Assembly: GCA_963777605.1 (NCBI GenBank) | Contig: CAVZRV010000030.1 | Span: 160,001-224,000, forward strand | Direction: 5' to 3' | Source: an uncultured Acidobacteriota bacterium | Lineage (GTDB): Bacteria > Acidobacteriota > UBA6911 > RPQK01 > JAPXNP01 | Length of the DNA stretch: 64,000 nt | In this document: piece after piece, positions 16,890-26,428 of the stretch | Numbering within the stretch: position 1 is the first letter of the stretch | Layout: every line of letters begins with the position of its first letter | Notes under the pieces: generated by a model | What the model was told of the DNA's origin: nothing | The model's input: the letters and a program-made list of their open reading frames with translations, nothing else | Databases searched by the model: none | Position numbers and translations under genes: made by a program

Positions 16890-17931
16890 ATGAAGCAGCT
16901 GGATATTCCATCGATTGTGAATGAAGACGATCTCGAAATGGTCCTCTCCGAGCCCTATGACGAGGATGTGGAGGCCGCGAAGGATCTTCGAGGGGGTGTG
17001 ATCGTCCTGGGTGCCGGGGGGAAGATGGGCCCCAGCCTGGTGCGCCGGGCCCTGGCTGCGATGCGGCTTGCCGGCCTTGAAGACCCGTTGATCGCGGTTT
17101 CTCGCTTCGGTGATGTCCGGCAGCGAGAAGGACTGGAACAGTTGGGTGTGCGAACGATTTCGGCCGACCTTCTGGACGATCGGGCCCTGCAGTCTCTTCC
17201 GCAGCTTCCCAACGTGATCATGATGGCCGGAATGAAGTTCGGTACTTCGGGAAACGAACCGGAGACCTGGGCGATGAACAGCTACCTCCCCGGGAGGGTT
17301 GCCGAACACTTCAAGTCGAGTCGTATCGTGGCTTTCTCGACGGGTAACGTCTACCCCCTGGTGAAGCCTGGAGTCGGGAGGTTGCAGTGAATCGGACGCC
17401 TTGGGGCCGATCGGTGAATACGCCCAGTCGTGCCTGGGAAGAGAACGGGTTCTGTCCTACTTCTCAATCCAAAACGGGACCCCGCTTTGCATTCTGAGGC
17501 TGAACTATGCCGTAGAAGCTCGCTACGGCGTGCTTCTCGACATTGGGCGGAAAGTTTACAATGGGGACGAGATTTCCCTGGAAATGGGGCACGTGAACGT
17601 CATCTGGCAGGGGGATGCGAACTCGGTCTGTTTCCGCGCTTTCCGGCTCTGCTCGAGCCCTCCCGACATTCTCAATCTGGCCGGACCTGAGATCCTTTCC
17701 GTTCGGGAGATTGCCGAGTCCTTTGCCCGCCTGTTTGAAGTCGAGCCCAGGTTCTTCGGCCACGAGGGAAAACGCGCGCTGCTCAGCGATGGAAGCCGCT
17801 GCCGGTCGCTCTTTGGGGCCCCTCAAGTTGGAGTGGACCACGTTATCGAACTGGTCGCACACTGGATCAGGAAGGGCGGGCCGATCCTGGGCAAACCGAC
17901 CAAGTTTGAAGTCACCGATGGGAGATTCTGA
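16890..17931 (+). pseudogene. NAD-dependent epimerase/dehydratase, frameshifted near 17370
   Basis: GAGGKMG Rossmann motif and FSTGNVY in the first half; GEYAQSCLGRE and RLNYA in the second half; removing one G at ~17370 gives ...VKPESGGCSESDALGPIGEY. Confidence 0.8.
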
Positions 17932-17935
17932 ACCG

Positions 17936-18997
17936 ATGGAGATTGAGGCGCTGAGAGAGACCCTCTTGTCGGGGCTGGTGATTCCGGCTCACCCGCTGGC
18001 CCTGACCTCTGCCAGGACGCTCGATGAACGAAGACAGCGGGCCTTGAGTCGGTACTACGTGGCGGCCGGCGCTGGAGGAATTGCCGTCGGAGTGCACACC
18101 ACCCAGTTCGCGATTCACGACCCTTCTGTCGGGCTCTACCGGCCGGTCCTGGAACTTGCGGCCGACACCGTCGCGGAACGCGATCCGGCTTCCAACGGCT
18201 TTGTCATGATTGCGGGGCTGGTGGGCCCGACCACCCAGGCCGTCACGGAGGCGCAGTTGGCCCGGGAGTTGGAGTACGACTGCGGCCTCGTGAGTCTCGG
18301 GGCGTTGCGCCACGCAACGGATGACGAACTGATTGCCCACATCCGGGCGGTCTCGGAGGAGATTCCGATCTTCGGATTCTACCTTCAACCGGCTGTGGGA
18401 GGACGGGTCCTGGGATACTCGTTCTGGCGGCGTTTCATGGACATCGAGCGGGTGGTGGCGGTGAAGATCGCGCCTTTCAACCGGTACGGGACACTGGACG
18501 TGGTGCGAGCTGCGGTGGATTCCGGGAGACTCGGAGAGATTGCGCTCTACACTGGAAACGACGACAATATTATCGGCGACCTGATTACCCCGTTTCGCTT
18601 TCGATCCGGGGATGGCTGGCAGACAGCTCAAATTGCCGGCGGCCTCCTGGGGCAGTGGGCCGTCTGGACCTGGAAGGCTGTCCGGCTGTTGAAGGAAGTG
18701 CGCCAATACCGGAGCCACCTGCCGGTTTCCCAGGGCCACCTGCTCGAACTGAATGCACAGTTGACCGATGCCAACTCGGCCATTTTCGATGCGGCGAACA
18801 ATTTTCGCGGTTGCGTGCCGGGAATCCACGAGATCCTTCGCAGGCAGGGACTCCTGGAGGGGGCCTGGTGTCTTGATCCCGAGGAGTACCTGTCGGAGGG
18901 CCAGGCCGAGGAGATTGACCGGGTCTGCAAGGCGTACCCTCACCTGACCGACGATGCCTTCGTCGCCGAGCACCTGGACAACTGGCTCAAAGACTAG
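17936..18997 (+). CDS. Dihydrodipicolinate synthase-like aldolase family protein
   Basis: VIPAHPLAL, GIAVGVHTTQF, FYLQPAVGG, AVKIAPF, YTGNDD. Confidence 0.85.
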   Translation: MEIEALRETLLSGLVIPAHPLALTSARTLDERRQRALSRYYVAAGAGGIAVGVHTTQFAIHDPSVGLYRPVLELAADTVAERDPASNGFVMIAGLVGPTTQAVTEAQLARELEYDCGLVSLGALRHATDDELIAHIRAVSEEIPIFGFYLQPAVGGRVLGYSFWRRFMDIERVVAVKIAPFNRYGTLDVVRAAVDSGRLGEIALYTGNDDNIIGDLITPFRFRSGDGWQTAQIAGGLLGQWAVWTWKAVRLLKEVRQYRSHLPVSQGHLLELNAQLTDANSAIFDAANNFRGCVPGIHEILRRQGLLEGAWCLDPEEYLSEGQAEEIDRVCKAYPHLTDDAFVAEHLDNWLKD

Positions 18998-19026
18998 TGT
19001 AGTGTCACTATTGGCCCATTCCCGAG

Positions 19027-19947
19027 TTACGGATTGTTCTCCTTGAGGAGTTCGTCGAGCGTTGACTGCGGGATATCCAGCTTCGAGCTGTTGGCCTTCA
19101 GCCACTCCCGGAAGTCCTGCCGGATCTCCGGGCTCCAGCGAGTATCGATCTGGCCTGGAGTGTATTTGCCTTCGCGGAGTCGCTGGTGCCCAAAAGTGTC
19201 GCGCAGCATGGTCTTCTCCGCTTCGACGACGACTTTCTCAGCCAGGTGGGCCGGGACAAAGATGACACCTTCTCGCTTCGCCAGCACCACATCTCCCGGG
19301 AACACCGTCGCCTGGCCGATCCGGATGGGAGTGTTGAGCCCGAGGAGCATCATTTCGCTGATGGCCGTAGGATCCCAGCCCCGAACGAAGGCGTTGAACC
19401 CCTCAATTTCCTCCAGGCCCTCGAGGTCTCTGACCGAGCCGTTGAAAACGACCCCGTTGCGAGACTTGGCAAAGATCGAACTTCCCAGGTTGTCTCCGAT
19501 CAGGGTGCCATCCTTGATTTTCCCGAAGGCGTCGGCCACGTAGACATCGCCGGGCTGGAGCATGTCGATGGGCCACGAGTTCATGGGGCCGACCCGGCCT
19601 TCCGCATGACCCTTGTCCAGCATCCGTTTCTGGATCTCGGGACGCAGCGGAACGTAGGCGGCGGTCAGGGCTCTTCCCACGACGGGCTCGTCCGGATGGA
19701 TCATCATCCAGTCCCCTTCGAACTGGTTGTTGTAGCCGGCTCCCCGGAGCACTCCCCAGGCCTCCTCGATCGAGACCCGCTTCATGCGCTCGAGAATGCT
19801 GTCTGGAACTTTGGGACGGCCGTCGTCGAAACGCTCACCCGTCCACTCCTGGGTGTAGAAAGTCATCTGCTCCCGGGAGATCGTCTGGGCCAGGGCAGAG
19901 AGTTGCAGCAACAGTAGCGCCGCCAAAACAAGTACTGTCTTTTTCAC
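19027..19947 (-). CDS. RraA/HMG-aldolase family protein with signal peptide
   Basis: ERFDDGRPKV, VVGRALT, GDNL, GSVRD, PGDVVLA..EGVIFVP. Confidence 0.85.
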   Translation of the reverse strand: MKKTVLVLAALLLLQLSALAQTISREQMTFYTQEWTGERFDDGRPKVPDSILERMKRVSIEEAWGVLRGAGYNNQFEGDWMMIHPDEPVVGRALTAAYVPLRPEIQKRMLDKGHAEGRVGPMNSWPIDMLQPGDVYVADAFGKIKDGTLIGDNLGSSIFAKSRNGVVFNGSVRDLEGLEEIEGFNAFVRGWDPTAISEMMLLGLNTPIRIGQATVFPGDVVLAKREGVIFVPAHLAEKVVVEAEKTMLRDTFGHQRLREGKYTPGQIDTRWSPEIRQDFREWLKANSSKLDIPQSTLDELLKENNP

Positions 19948-20108
19948 AGTTTCAGTCCTTCCCGCTGTTCGAGGCTATGTGGTCGCCGATCATTGTACGC
20001 ATAAGGACCGGCAGCGCCAATAACAACGATGCAGGTCCGCCGTGTTACTTCAGCGGTATCACCGCCCGTCGCCATTCCGCAGTGATTGCGACCGGGTCGG
20101 TCGATATC

Positions 20109-20918
20109 CTACTTTCCGAAGATGTGATGCCGGAGTCCCATCAGGTAGCTCCCGAGCGAGGATCGGAGAAGGGCAGCGATGAAGCGGTACTTCAGGCCGG
20201 GAACGACGATGACTTTGCCGGATTCGAGCGCGCGCAGGGAGCAGGCGACAACTTCCTCCGAACTCATCCAGACCCAATTTGGAAAGGTCTCCCGTTCCGT
20301 TCCCTGGTACTGGTCCGTGCTGTGAAACTCGGTCCGGGTGTACCCGGGGCAGAGAGCCTGGATTCTGATCCCGTTGTCCCGAACGAGCGAATCCAGGTTC
20401 CGGGAAAACGAGTTGAGGTAGGCCTTGCTGGCTGAGTACCCCGGAGGGCTTCCCTCGGGAATGAAGGCGGCAACCGACGAAACGTTGATGATGAAGCCCT
20501 TGCCCCGTTGAATCATCCCCGGGATGGCCGCGTGAGTCAGGCGGACGGTCGCGGTGATGTGAACGTCGATCATGCGCTGGTGACGCTCGATAGGTTGCTC
20601 GATGTACGGACCCGAGACCCCGAAGCCGGCGTTGTTGACCAGGATCGTGAGGTCGGTAGTGGCCGCGATTCGGTCTTCCAGTTCTTGCACGAAGGTGCGG
20701 TCCGTAAGGTCTCCGGGGAGGATCGTGACCGGAACGCCATGTCGTGCGTGAAGGGATTCGGCAAGTTCGTTGAGACGATCGGTCCGGCGTGCGGTCAATA
20801 CCAGCCCGTGACCCTGGGCGGCGAGTTGCCGGGCGTACTCGGCGCCAAGGCCGGACGAGGCGCCAGTAATCAGGACGGTACTCGATGTAGTCTGTGAAGT
20901 CATGATCATTATTCTCAC
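20109..20918 (-). CDS. SDR family oxidoreductase
   Basis: TGASSGLG, NNAGFG, YSASK, CPG.T.TEF. Confidence 0.92.
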   Translation of the reverse strand: MRIMIMTSQTTSSTVLITGASSGLGAEYARQLAAQGHGLVLTARRTDRLNELAESLHARHGVPVTILPGDLTDRTFVQELEDRIAATTDLTILVNNAGFGVSGPYIEQPIERHQRMIDVHITATVRLTHAAIPGMIQRGKGFIINVSSVAAFIPEGSPPGYSASKAYLNSFSRNLDSLVRDNGIRIQALCPGYTRTEFHSTDQYQGTERETFPNWVWMSSEEVVACSLRALESGKVIVVPGLKYRFIAALLRSSLGSYLMGLRHHIFGK

Positions 20919-20938
20919 CCTCTCACCGGAGCAAGCGG

Positions 20939-23119
20939 TCAGACTTCGTCGAACAGGACAGGTGTCCCGGTGAAGCTGGGCGCGCTGCAGACCAGAATGG
21001 ATGTCGGCAGTCCTGCAAGTATCTTCGAGTAGCGTTCGAAGAAGGCGGCTCCGGTCTCTCCGGATTCGGGGAGCTGAAGCCCGAGCAGGACCAGGTCGGA
21101 GTCGTGACTGACCTCGTGCATCGTCTCGGCGATCGGCAGGGTTCCCCTCAGACGAACGATTCCTTCAACGTTGACCCGGCTTCGGGCCAGGATATCGTCC
21201 AGCCGCCTGCGAGCCGCCTGCCGCTGAGCCTCGTTGTCGACGACCGTAATCAGGCGAATCCTGCAATTCCGAAAACGGGGATGGGATTCGAGCAGGAACG
21301 CCAGCATCAGCATCATCGCACCGTTGCTCTTGAGTCCCCGCCACCAGATGTCAATTTGGCGCCCCATGCCGTAGCCGCGTTCCGGGTGGAAGCGGACGAC
21401 GAGGAGCGATCGGTCGAGCTCCCGGATATCTTTCAGCATGCCGGTATAGGAGTCGGCTCGCTCCGCTTTCGTGAGCCAGCCCATCAGGATCGTGTTGGGT
21501 TCCAGCGAGCCCAGTCCCTGGCTCATGACGCTGTTGACGGCCCCCCGGTAAATGTCTTCGACGATGTCTACTCGGCAGAAAACGTTGGGATAGTCTTCAG
21601 CGAAATGCCACTCCAGGATTCGGAGCAGTTCCTTCCGTCGCCCGATTTCTTCGGCGATCTTCCCCTTGAGCAGGTGCAGGTAGGTCACCATGCCACGGTC
21701 CTGGACGATCGCGGAGCCCAACTCGAGGAGATAGGAGCGCTTCGAGAGGCTCCCGGCGAGAACGACGAGGTGAGGGCGCCAGTTGAGTTCGTGGTACTCC
21801 GCGTGGCGTAATCGCTGTAGCGAAGTCAGTACGAGGGCCGACCAGATTCCATGCCGGGCGTCACCGTAGGTCGTGTCGAGTGATCGCTGCTTGGCGACCA
21901 GGTAGATCCCTGAGCAGACGAGGATTGCCGCGAGCATCGCCGGCAGGTTGATGATGCTCATGACGTAAAAGCAGGCTCCGGCCCCAATCAACCCAATCCA
22001 GGCCGGAACCCGGAACGAGGGGCGGAAGTTGGGCGAGGAGGCCCAACGTTCAAGTCCGAAGGCCAGATTGGTGACTCCATAGGTGGCCAGGAAGAACATG
22101 GTGAGAATTGGTGCGACCATGTCGAGACTTCCCAGCAGTATTCCGCCTTCCGCCAGGACGAAAGTCAGGATGAGTCCAGTCCGGGGTTCGCTGTTGGGAC
22201 CGTGCCCCTTCGCGAAAAGGGCAGGGGCCAGACGATCCAGGGCGAGCGCCTGGAGGGTCCTGGGTGCCGAAAGGAGACTCCCGATAGCACTCGACAAGGT
22301 GGCTCCCCAGATCCCCGCGTAAATCAGCTTGGGGACGCTCGCCAGCGTCCAGAAAACGTCATTCTGCTCGGACAGGGTCGGAAGATCGAAATTGAGCGCC
22401 AGCCAGATCGGTGCGGCGAGGTAGATGATCATCCCCACTGAGATGGCGGTGATGGTGCCCAGCGGAAGGGCCCGGCGGGGATTCTCGAGATCCCCGGACA
22501 TGCTGACCCCCGCCATGATCCCGGTCACCGCGGGAAAAAAGACGGCGAAGACGAGTGCGAATGGCGGGCCATCCGGGTTATACCAGGCGATCTCGGCCGG
22601 GGGGTGAGGGCTCCGTCCGGCAAAAAACGAGATCAGTGACAACACGATCGCCGCCATGACGACGTACTGGATCCGGATCGCAAAGCGCGCGCTCCGATAG
22701 GAAATCAGGGTGAGAAAGGCACAGGTGACCGTCCCTGCCAGTTGCATGTTCAGGTCGGGGATCAACCGGCGCAAAGACTCGGTGAAGCCGACGACGTAAA
22801 AGGTCACGCTCAGTGCCTGGGCCAGGAAGAGAGGGATCCCGATGGCTGCCCCTGCGGACGGGCCGAGGGACCGGCTGATCATGAAGTAGGCACCACCCGC
22901 CCGGACGGTCCGGTTGGTCGAGATGCTGGCGACGGAGAGCCCGGTGGAGTAGCTGATCAGGTGAGACAACATGACGATCAGCAGTGCTCCCATCAGCCCG
23001 GCGCTTCCGACCACCCAGCCGGTTCTCAGGTAGAGGACGACCCCGAGAATGGTCAGGACACTGGGCGTGAAGACGCCGCCGAAGGTTCCGAACTTTTGGC
23101 TGTTCCGTGTTTCGGTCAT
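20939..23119 (-). CDS. Cation-chloride cotransporter-like (SLC12/APC) permease
   Basis: FGTFGGVF, GGAYFMISRSLG, FFPAVTGIMAG..SGDL, NWRP, IDIWW. Confidence 0.85.
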   Translation of the reverse strand: MTETRNSQKFGTFGGVFTPSVLTILGVVLYLRTGWVVGSAGLMGALLIVMLSHLISYSTGLSVASISTNRTVRAGGAYFMISRSLGPSAGAAIGIPLFLAQALSVTFYVVGFTESLRRLIPDLNMQLAGTVTCAFLTLISYRSARFAIRIQYVVMAAIVLSLISFFAGRSPHPPAEIAWYNPDGPPFALVFAVFFPAVTGIMAGVSMSGDLENPRRALPLGTITAISVGMIIYLAAPIWLALNFDLPTLSEQNDVFWTLASVPKLIYAGIWGATLSSAIGSLLSAPRTLQALALDRLAPALFAKGHGPNSEPRTGLILTFVLAEGGILLGSLDMVAPILTMFFLATYGVTNLAFGLERWASSPNFRPSFRVPAWIGLIGAGACFYVMSIINLPAMLAAILVCSGIYLVAKQRSLDTTYGDARHGIWSALVLTSLQRLRHAEYHELNWRPHLVVLAGSLSKRSYLLELGSAIVQDRGMVTYLHLLKGKIAEEIGRRKELLRILEWHFAEDYPNVFCRVDIVEDIYRGAVNSVMSQGLGSLEPNTILMGWLTKAERADSYTGMLKDIRELDRSLLVVRFHPERGYGMGRQIDIWWRGLKSNGAMMLMLAFLLESHPRFRNCRIRLITVVDNEAQRQAARRRLDDILARSRVNVEGIVRLRGTLPIAETMHEVSHDSDLVLLGLQLPESGETGAAFFERYSKILAGLPTSILVCSAPSFTGTPVLFDEV

Positions 23120-23238
23120 GTGTCTCGGTCGGCTATGGAGGCCCATGATACTGCCGAAAAAGAGAAAAACCTAGGGTGATGGGGACCGGTTTCTTGGGTA
23201 TGTCAAATCCTGGGTTTATTATCTAGGCTGGAGGAATC

Positions 23239-24546
23239 ATGAACAGAACGAACACGATTGGCAGAAGAGGATTCATGAAGGGAACTGCCGGCCTGGCTGC
23301 CACCGGCCTGGCTGCTACCGGAGTTTCGTCCGGGCGAGTGCTCGGAGCAAACGACCGGATAAGACTCGCAGTGTTGGGAGTGCATGGCAGAGGATGGGAC
23401 CATGTCCGGGGATTCATGAACCTGGACAATGTTGACGTCGTGACGCTGTGTGACCCGGACCTGGAGGTCGCAGAGGGCAGGGCCGCCGAGTTTCAGAAGA
23501 AATACGGTAGGGCCGTTTCCACGCAGCAAGACTTGCGGCGGGTATTCGACGACAAGGAGATTGATGCCGTTTCCATTGCTACCCCCAACCACTGGCACGC
23601 GCTGGCGACAATCTGGGCCTGCCAGGCCGGGAAGGACGTTTACGTAGAGAAACCTGGCTGTCACAACGTCTGGGAAGGCCGCAGGATGGTCGAAGCGGCT
23701 CAAAAGTACGACCGGATCGTCCAGCACGGTGTTCAGTTGCGCAGTTCACCCGCGATCCAGGAGGCTGTCCGTCACCTCCGGCAAGGAACCATAGGGAACG
23801 TCTACATGGCTCGGGGACTGGTGTTCCGCTGGCGGCCCGATATCGGGAACAAGCCGATGAGTCCGGCGCCCGAAACCCTCGACTACAACCTCTGGCTGGG
23901 GCCCGCCCAGGAGCGGCCGTTCTCGCGCAATTTCGTCCACTACAACTGGCACTGGCAGTGGGACTTCGGAAACGGCGACGTGGGGAACCAGGGAATTCAC
24001 GAGACTGACATGTGCATGTGGGGCCTCGGCGTCGGCCTTCCCGAGAAGATCACCGCGATGGGAGGCAAGTTCCTTTGGGATGATGCCAAGGAGACACCTG
24101 AGGTTCTCTCAAGCAGCTATCTCTATCCCAAGGAAGGAAAGATGATCGAGTTTGAAGTCCGTCCCTGGTGCACCAACCTGGAGGACGGTGCCGGCGTCGG
24201 AAACATCTTCTACGGATCCGAAGGATACCTGGTCATCTACGGTTACACCAGGTACGCCACCTTCCTTGGCGAGAAGCGGGAACCCGGTCCGACCCGCGAG
24301 GAAGAGGGCGACCACTATGCCAACTTCATCGAGGCGGTCCGCCAGCACGACACCAGCATCCAGAACGGACCGGTCGAGACGGCCCACCTCGGCGCCAGCC
24401 TGGCCCACCTGGGGAACATCTCCTACCGGTTGGGCCGCCAACTGGAATTCGACCCGGCATCAGAGCGGTTCGTGGGTGATGACGAAGCCGACACTTACCT
24501 GACGCGCAAATATCGGGAGCCCTTCGTTGTCCCCGAGAAAGTCTAA
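23239..24546 (+). CDS. Gfo/Idh/MocA oxidoreductase with Tat signal
   Basis: RRGFMK, GANDRI, IATPNHWH, DVYVEKP, GNQG.H..D. Confidence 0.92.
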   Translation: MNRTNTIGRRGFMKGTAGLAATGLAATGVSSGRVLGANDRIRLAVLGVHGRGWDHVRGFMNLDNVDVVTLCDPDLEVAEGRAAEFQKKYGRAVSTQQDLRRVFDDKEIDAVSIATPNHWHALATIWACQAGKDVYVEKPGCHNVWEGRRMVEAAQKYDRIVQHGVQLRSSPAIQEAVRHLRQGTIGNVYMARGLVFRWRPDIGNKPMSPAPETLDYNLWLGPAQERPFSRNFVHYNWHWQWDFGNGDVGNQGIHETDMCMWGLGVGLPEKITAMGGKFLWDDAKETPEVLSSSYLYPKEGKMIEFEVRPWCTNLEDGAGVGNIFYGSEGYLVIYGYTRYATFLGEKREPGPTREEEGDHYANFIEAVRQHDTSIQNGPVETAHLGASLAHLGNISYRLGRQLEFDPASERFVGDDEADTYLTRKYREPFVVPEKV

Positions 24547-25832
24547 TTGCCCCCGGCTTTGATCGTATCGAGGCCGTGCCCGTGAGGGCCGGCCTCATTC
24601 CGGTTCAGCAGAATCGCGAAGACCAGTCCGGCGATTCCCAGAGTCGAAAAGAGCCACATGCCGAGCGTGTAACCGCCCGGGTTGCCGGCACCGGCAAGGG
24701 AGAAGTCGTTCGCCCAACCGATCATGAAGTTGAACCCGGCCAGTCCAACGTTCTGCAACATCGTCATGAGCCCGTATGCGGTTCCGAGGCGTTGTTCTTC
24801 GACGACGTAGGCCACCGAAGGCCACATCACAGCTGGAATCAGTGAAAAGGCCACGCCCATCATCGACATCGGGACCCAGAGGCTTACCCCCGTGTAGGCC
24901 ATTATCAGGTAGACGGGCGTCAGGAGCAGAGAACCGGCGATCATCAGTTGGGACCGTTTGCCGATCCGGTCCGCCAGCAGGCCGAACAGTGGAGTGCAGA
25001 TCATGGCGAACAGGGTCAGCATGCTGGACAGAAAGCCACCCATCTCCCGGGTTGTGCCATGAGCCTCAATAAAGAATTTCACTGCAAAGGTCTGAAACGG
25101 GAAGATTCCGGAGTAGAAAGTGGCACACAGCCCGACGATGAGCCAGTACGATCGGCTGAACTTCAGTATGCTTCCCCACTCGATTTCGTCGGGTACATCC
25201 GCCTGGCCGAGTTCGTACCTGCGCTGGGCGGAGGATTCCAGAATCCAGTAGATGACGGCGCCGATGACACAGGTTATCGACATGATAAAGGCGATCCAGA
25301 GGGGCCCGTTCCAGGTGTCATAGTATCCGGAGGCCCACGACGGTGAGTTCAGGGCGGCGAAAGATCCCAACCGGGCGATCGTGAGGTTCAGTCCAAACGC
25401 GAAACTCAGCTCTTTTCCCTTGAACCACTTGGCCAGCGCTGTCGTTACCGCGACGATCAGCGACTCGGCGCCGAGACCGAAGATCAGCCGGCCCGCCGCC
25501 ATGGTCCAGAGGTCCCCCCGCAGCATTGTCACCGCCGCGCCAAGGACGCAGAGGACAGCAAAGATCACCGTCGATTTGCGGGTTCCGATTCGGTCAATAA
25601 TGAGCCCGCCGATCAGGACCATGAACACGTTGGGCAAGCTGTAGATGCCGTTCAGCGTGCCGATATTTGCGTCCGAGAACCCGAGGTTGCTCTTGAGAAC
25701 ATCAGCCAGTGGACTGATGCTGTCGTAGACGTAGTAGTTCCCGAACATGGCGACACTGACGAAAAACAAGACCGACCATCGCAGCAGAGCCGGTGGAGTT
25801 TTGGCTGCCGACGAGTTCATGTTCTCTTCCAT
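24543..25832 (-). CDS. MFS transporter (MFSD1-like)
   Basis: GNYYVYD, IDRIG.R, GRLIFGLGAES, KWFKGKEL, GTAYG; about 12 hydrophobic segments. Confidence 0.88.
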   Translation of the reverse strand: MEENMNSSAAKTPPALLRWSVLFFVSVAMFGNYYVYDSISPLADVLKSNLGFSDANIGTLNGIYSLPNVFMVLIGGLIIDRIGTRKSTVIFAVLCVLGAAVTMLRGDLWTMAAGRLIFGLGAESLIVAVTTALAKWFKGKELSFAFGLNLTIARLGSFAALNSPSWASGYYDTWNGPLWIAFIMSITCVIGAVIYWILESSAQRRYELGQADVPDEIEWGSILKFSRSYWLIVGLCATFYSGIFPFQTFAVKFFIEAHGTTREMGGFLSSMLTLFAMICTPLFGLLADRIGKRSQLMIAGSLLLTPVYLIMAYTGVSLWVPMSMMGVAFSLIPAVMWPSVAYVVEEQRLGTAYGLMTMLQNVGLAGFNFMIGWANDFSLAGAGNPGGYTLGMWLFSTLGIAGLVFAILLNRNEAGPHGHGLDTIKAGGN

Positions 25833-25931
25833 TTCCTTCAATCCTTGGGCGATTGACTGCCGGTTCTGGCGTTGACGAGAGAAACCGCAGGAGACCACAA
25901 CTTCCCCTGTTGGTCAAGAAACACGATTCAT

Positions 25932-25960
25932 ATAAACAAAATGAGAATCTCTTCGTCTAA
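25932..25960 (+). promoter_or_regulatory. Putative ECF sigma promoter
   Basis: TAAAC-N16-CGTCTAA about 60 bp upstream of the 26018 ORF. Confidence 0.4.
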
Positions 25961-26017
25961 CAGAGATGTGACCGGTCAGACAGAAGAGGAAACATCAACA
26001 GACAAGGAGAAAAACTT

Positions 26018-26341
26018 ATGAAAAAGCTCTCGACTCTACTCTTCGTGCTGGTTCTCGGCCTCGCAGTCTTGCCGTCCGCACTGAATGCCAAAGACCACCG
26101 CGTGGAGTTCCCGAGCAAAGCCATCGTTAATGGAATCGAACTCGATGCGGGTCGCTACAAGGTACGTCTGGTTTCGGATGACACCGCTGAGTTCTATGCC
26201 GGAAAAAATCTGGTTGCCACTGCGAAAGTTGAGATCAAGCCGATTGGAAACGCCACGCCCAATAGCGTCAGTATGAAGAGGGACGGCAGGTTGGTTGAGA
26301 TCCGCCTCAAGAACGAAAGAGTCGTATTGGTCGAGTCCTAG
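26018..26341 (+). CDS. Small exported beta-rich hypothetical protein
   Basis: Strong SD aaggag; signal peptide MKKLSTLLFVLVLGLAVLPSALNA; NG.EL.AG.Y.V motif. Confidence 0.8.
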   Translation: MKKLSTLLFVLVLGLAVLPSALNAKDHRVEFPSKAIVNGIELDAGRYKVRLVSDDTAEFYAGKNLVATAKVEIKPIGNATPNSVSMKRDGRLVEIRLKNERVVLVES

Positions 26342-26373
26342 TCAGAAGGAATCGATTAGGTGACATTACGGGT

Positions 26374-26419
26374 GAGCCCAACCGATCGGCTTCCCACTCT
26401 TCCCCGGTCGGTTGGGCTC
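26374..26419. terminator. Hairpin between convergent genes
   Basis: Perfect 12-bp inverted repeat gagcccaaccga/tcggttgggctc. Confidence 0.5.
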
Positions 26420-26428
26420 GAGATGTCT

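Noticed and set aside
17388-17400. Possible TGA readthrough or selenocysteine joining the epimerase halves
   Set aside because: The two halves are in different frames, so a frameshift explains the split.
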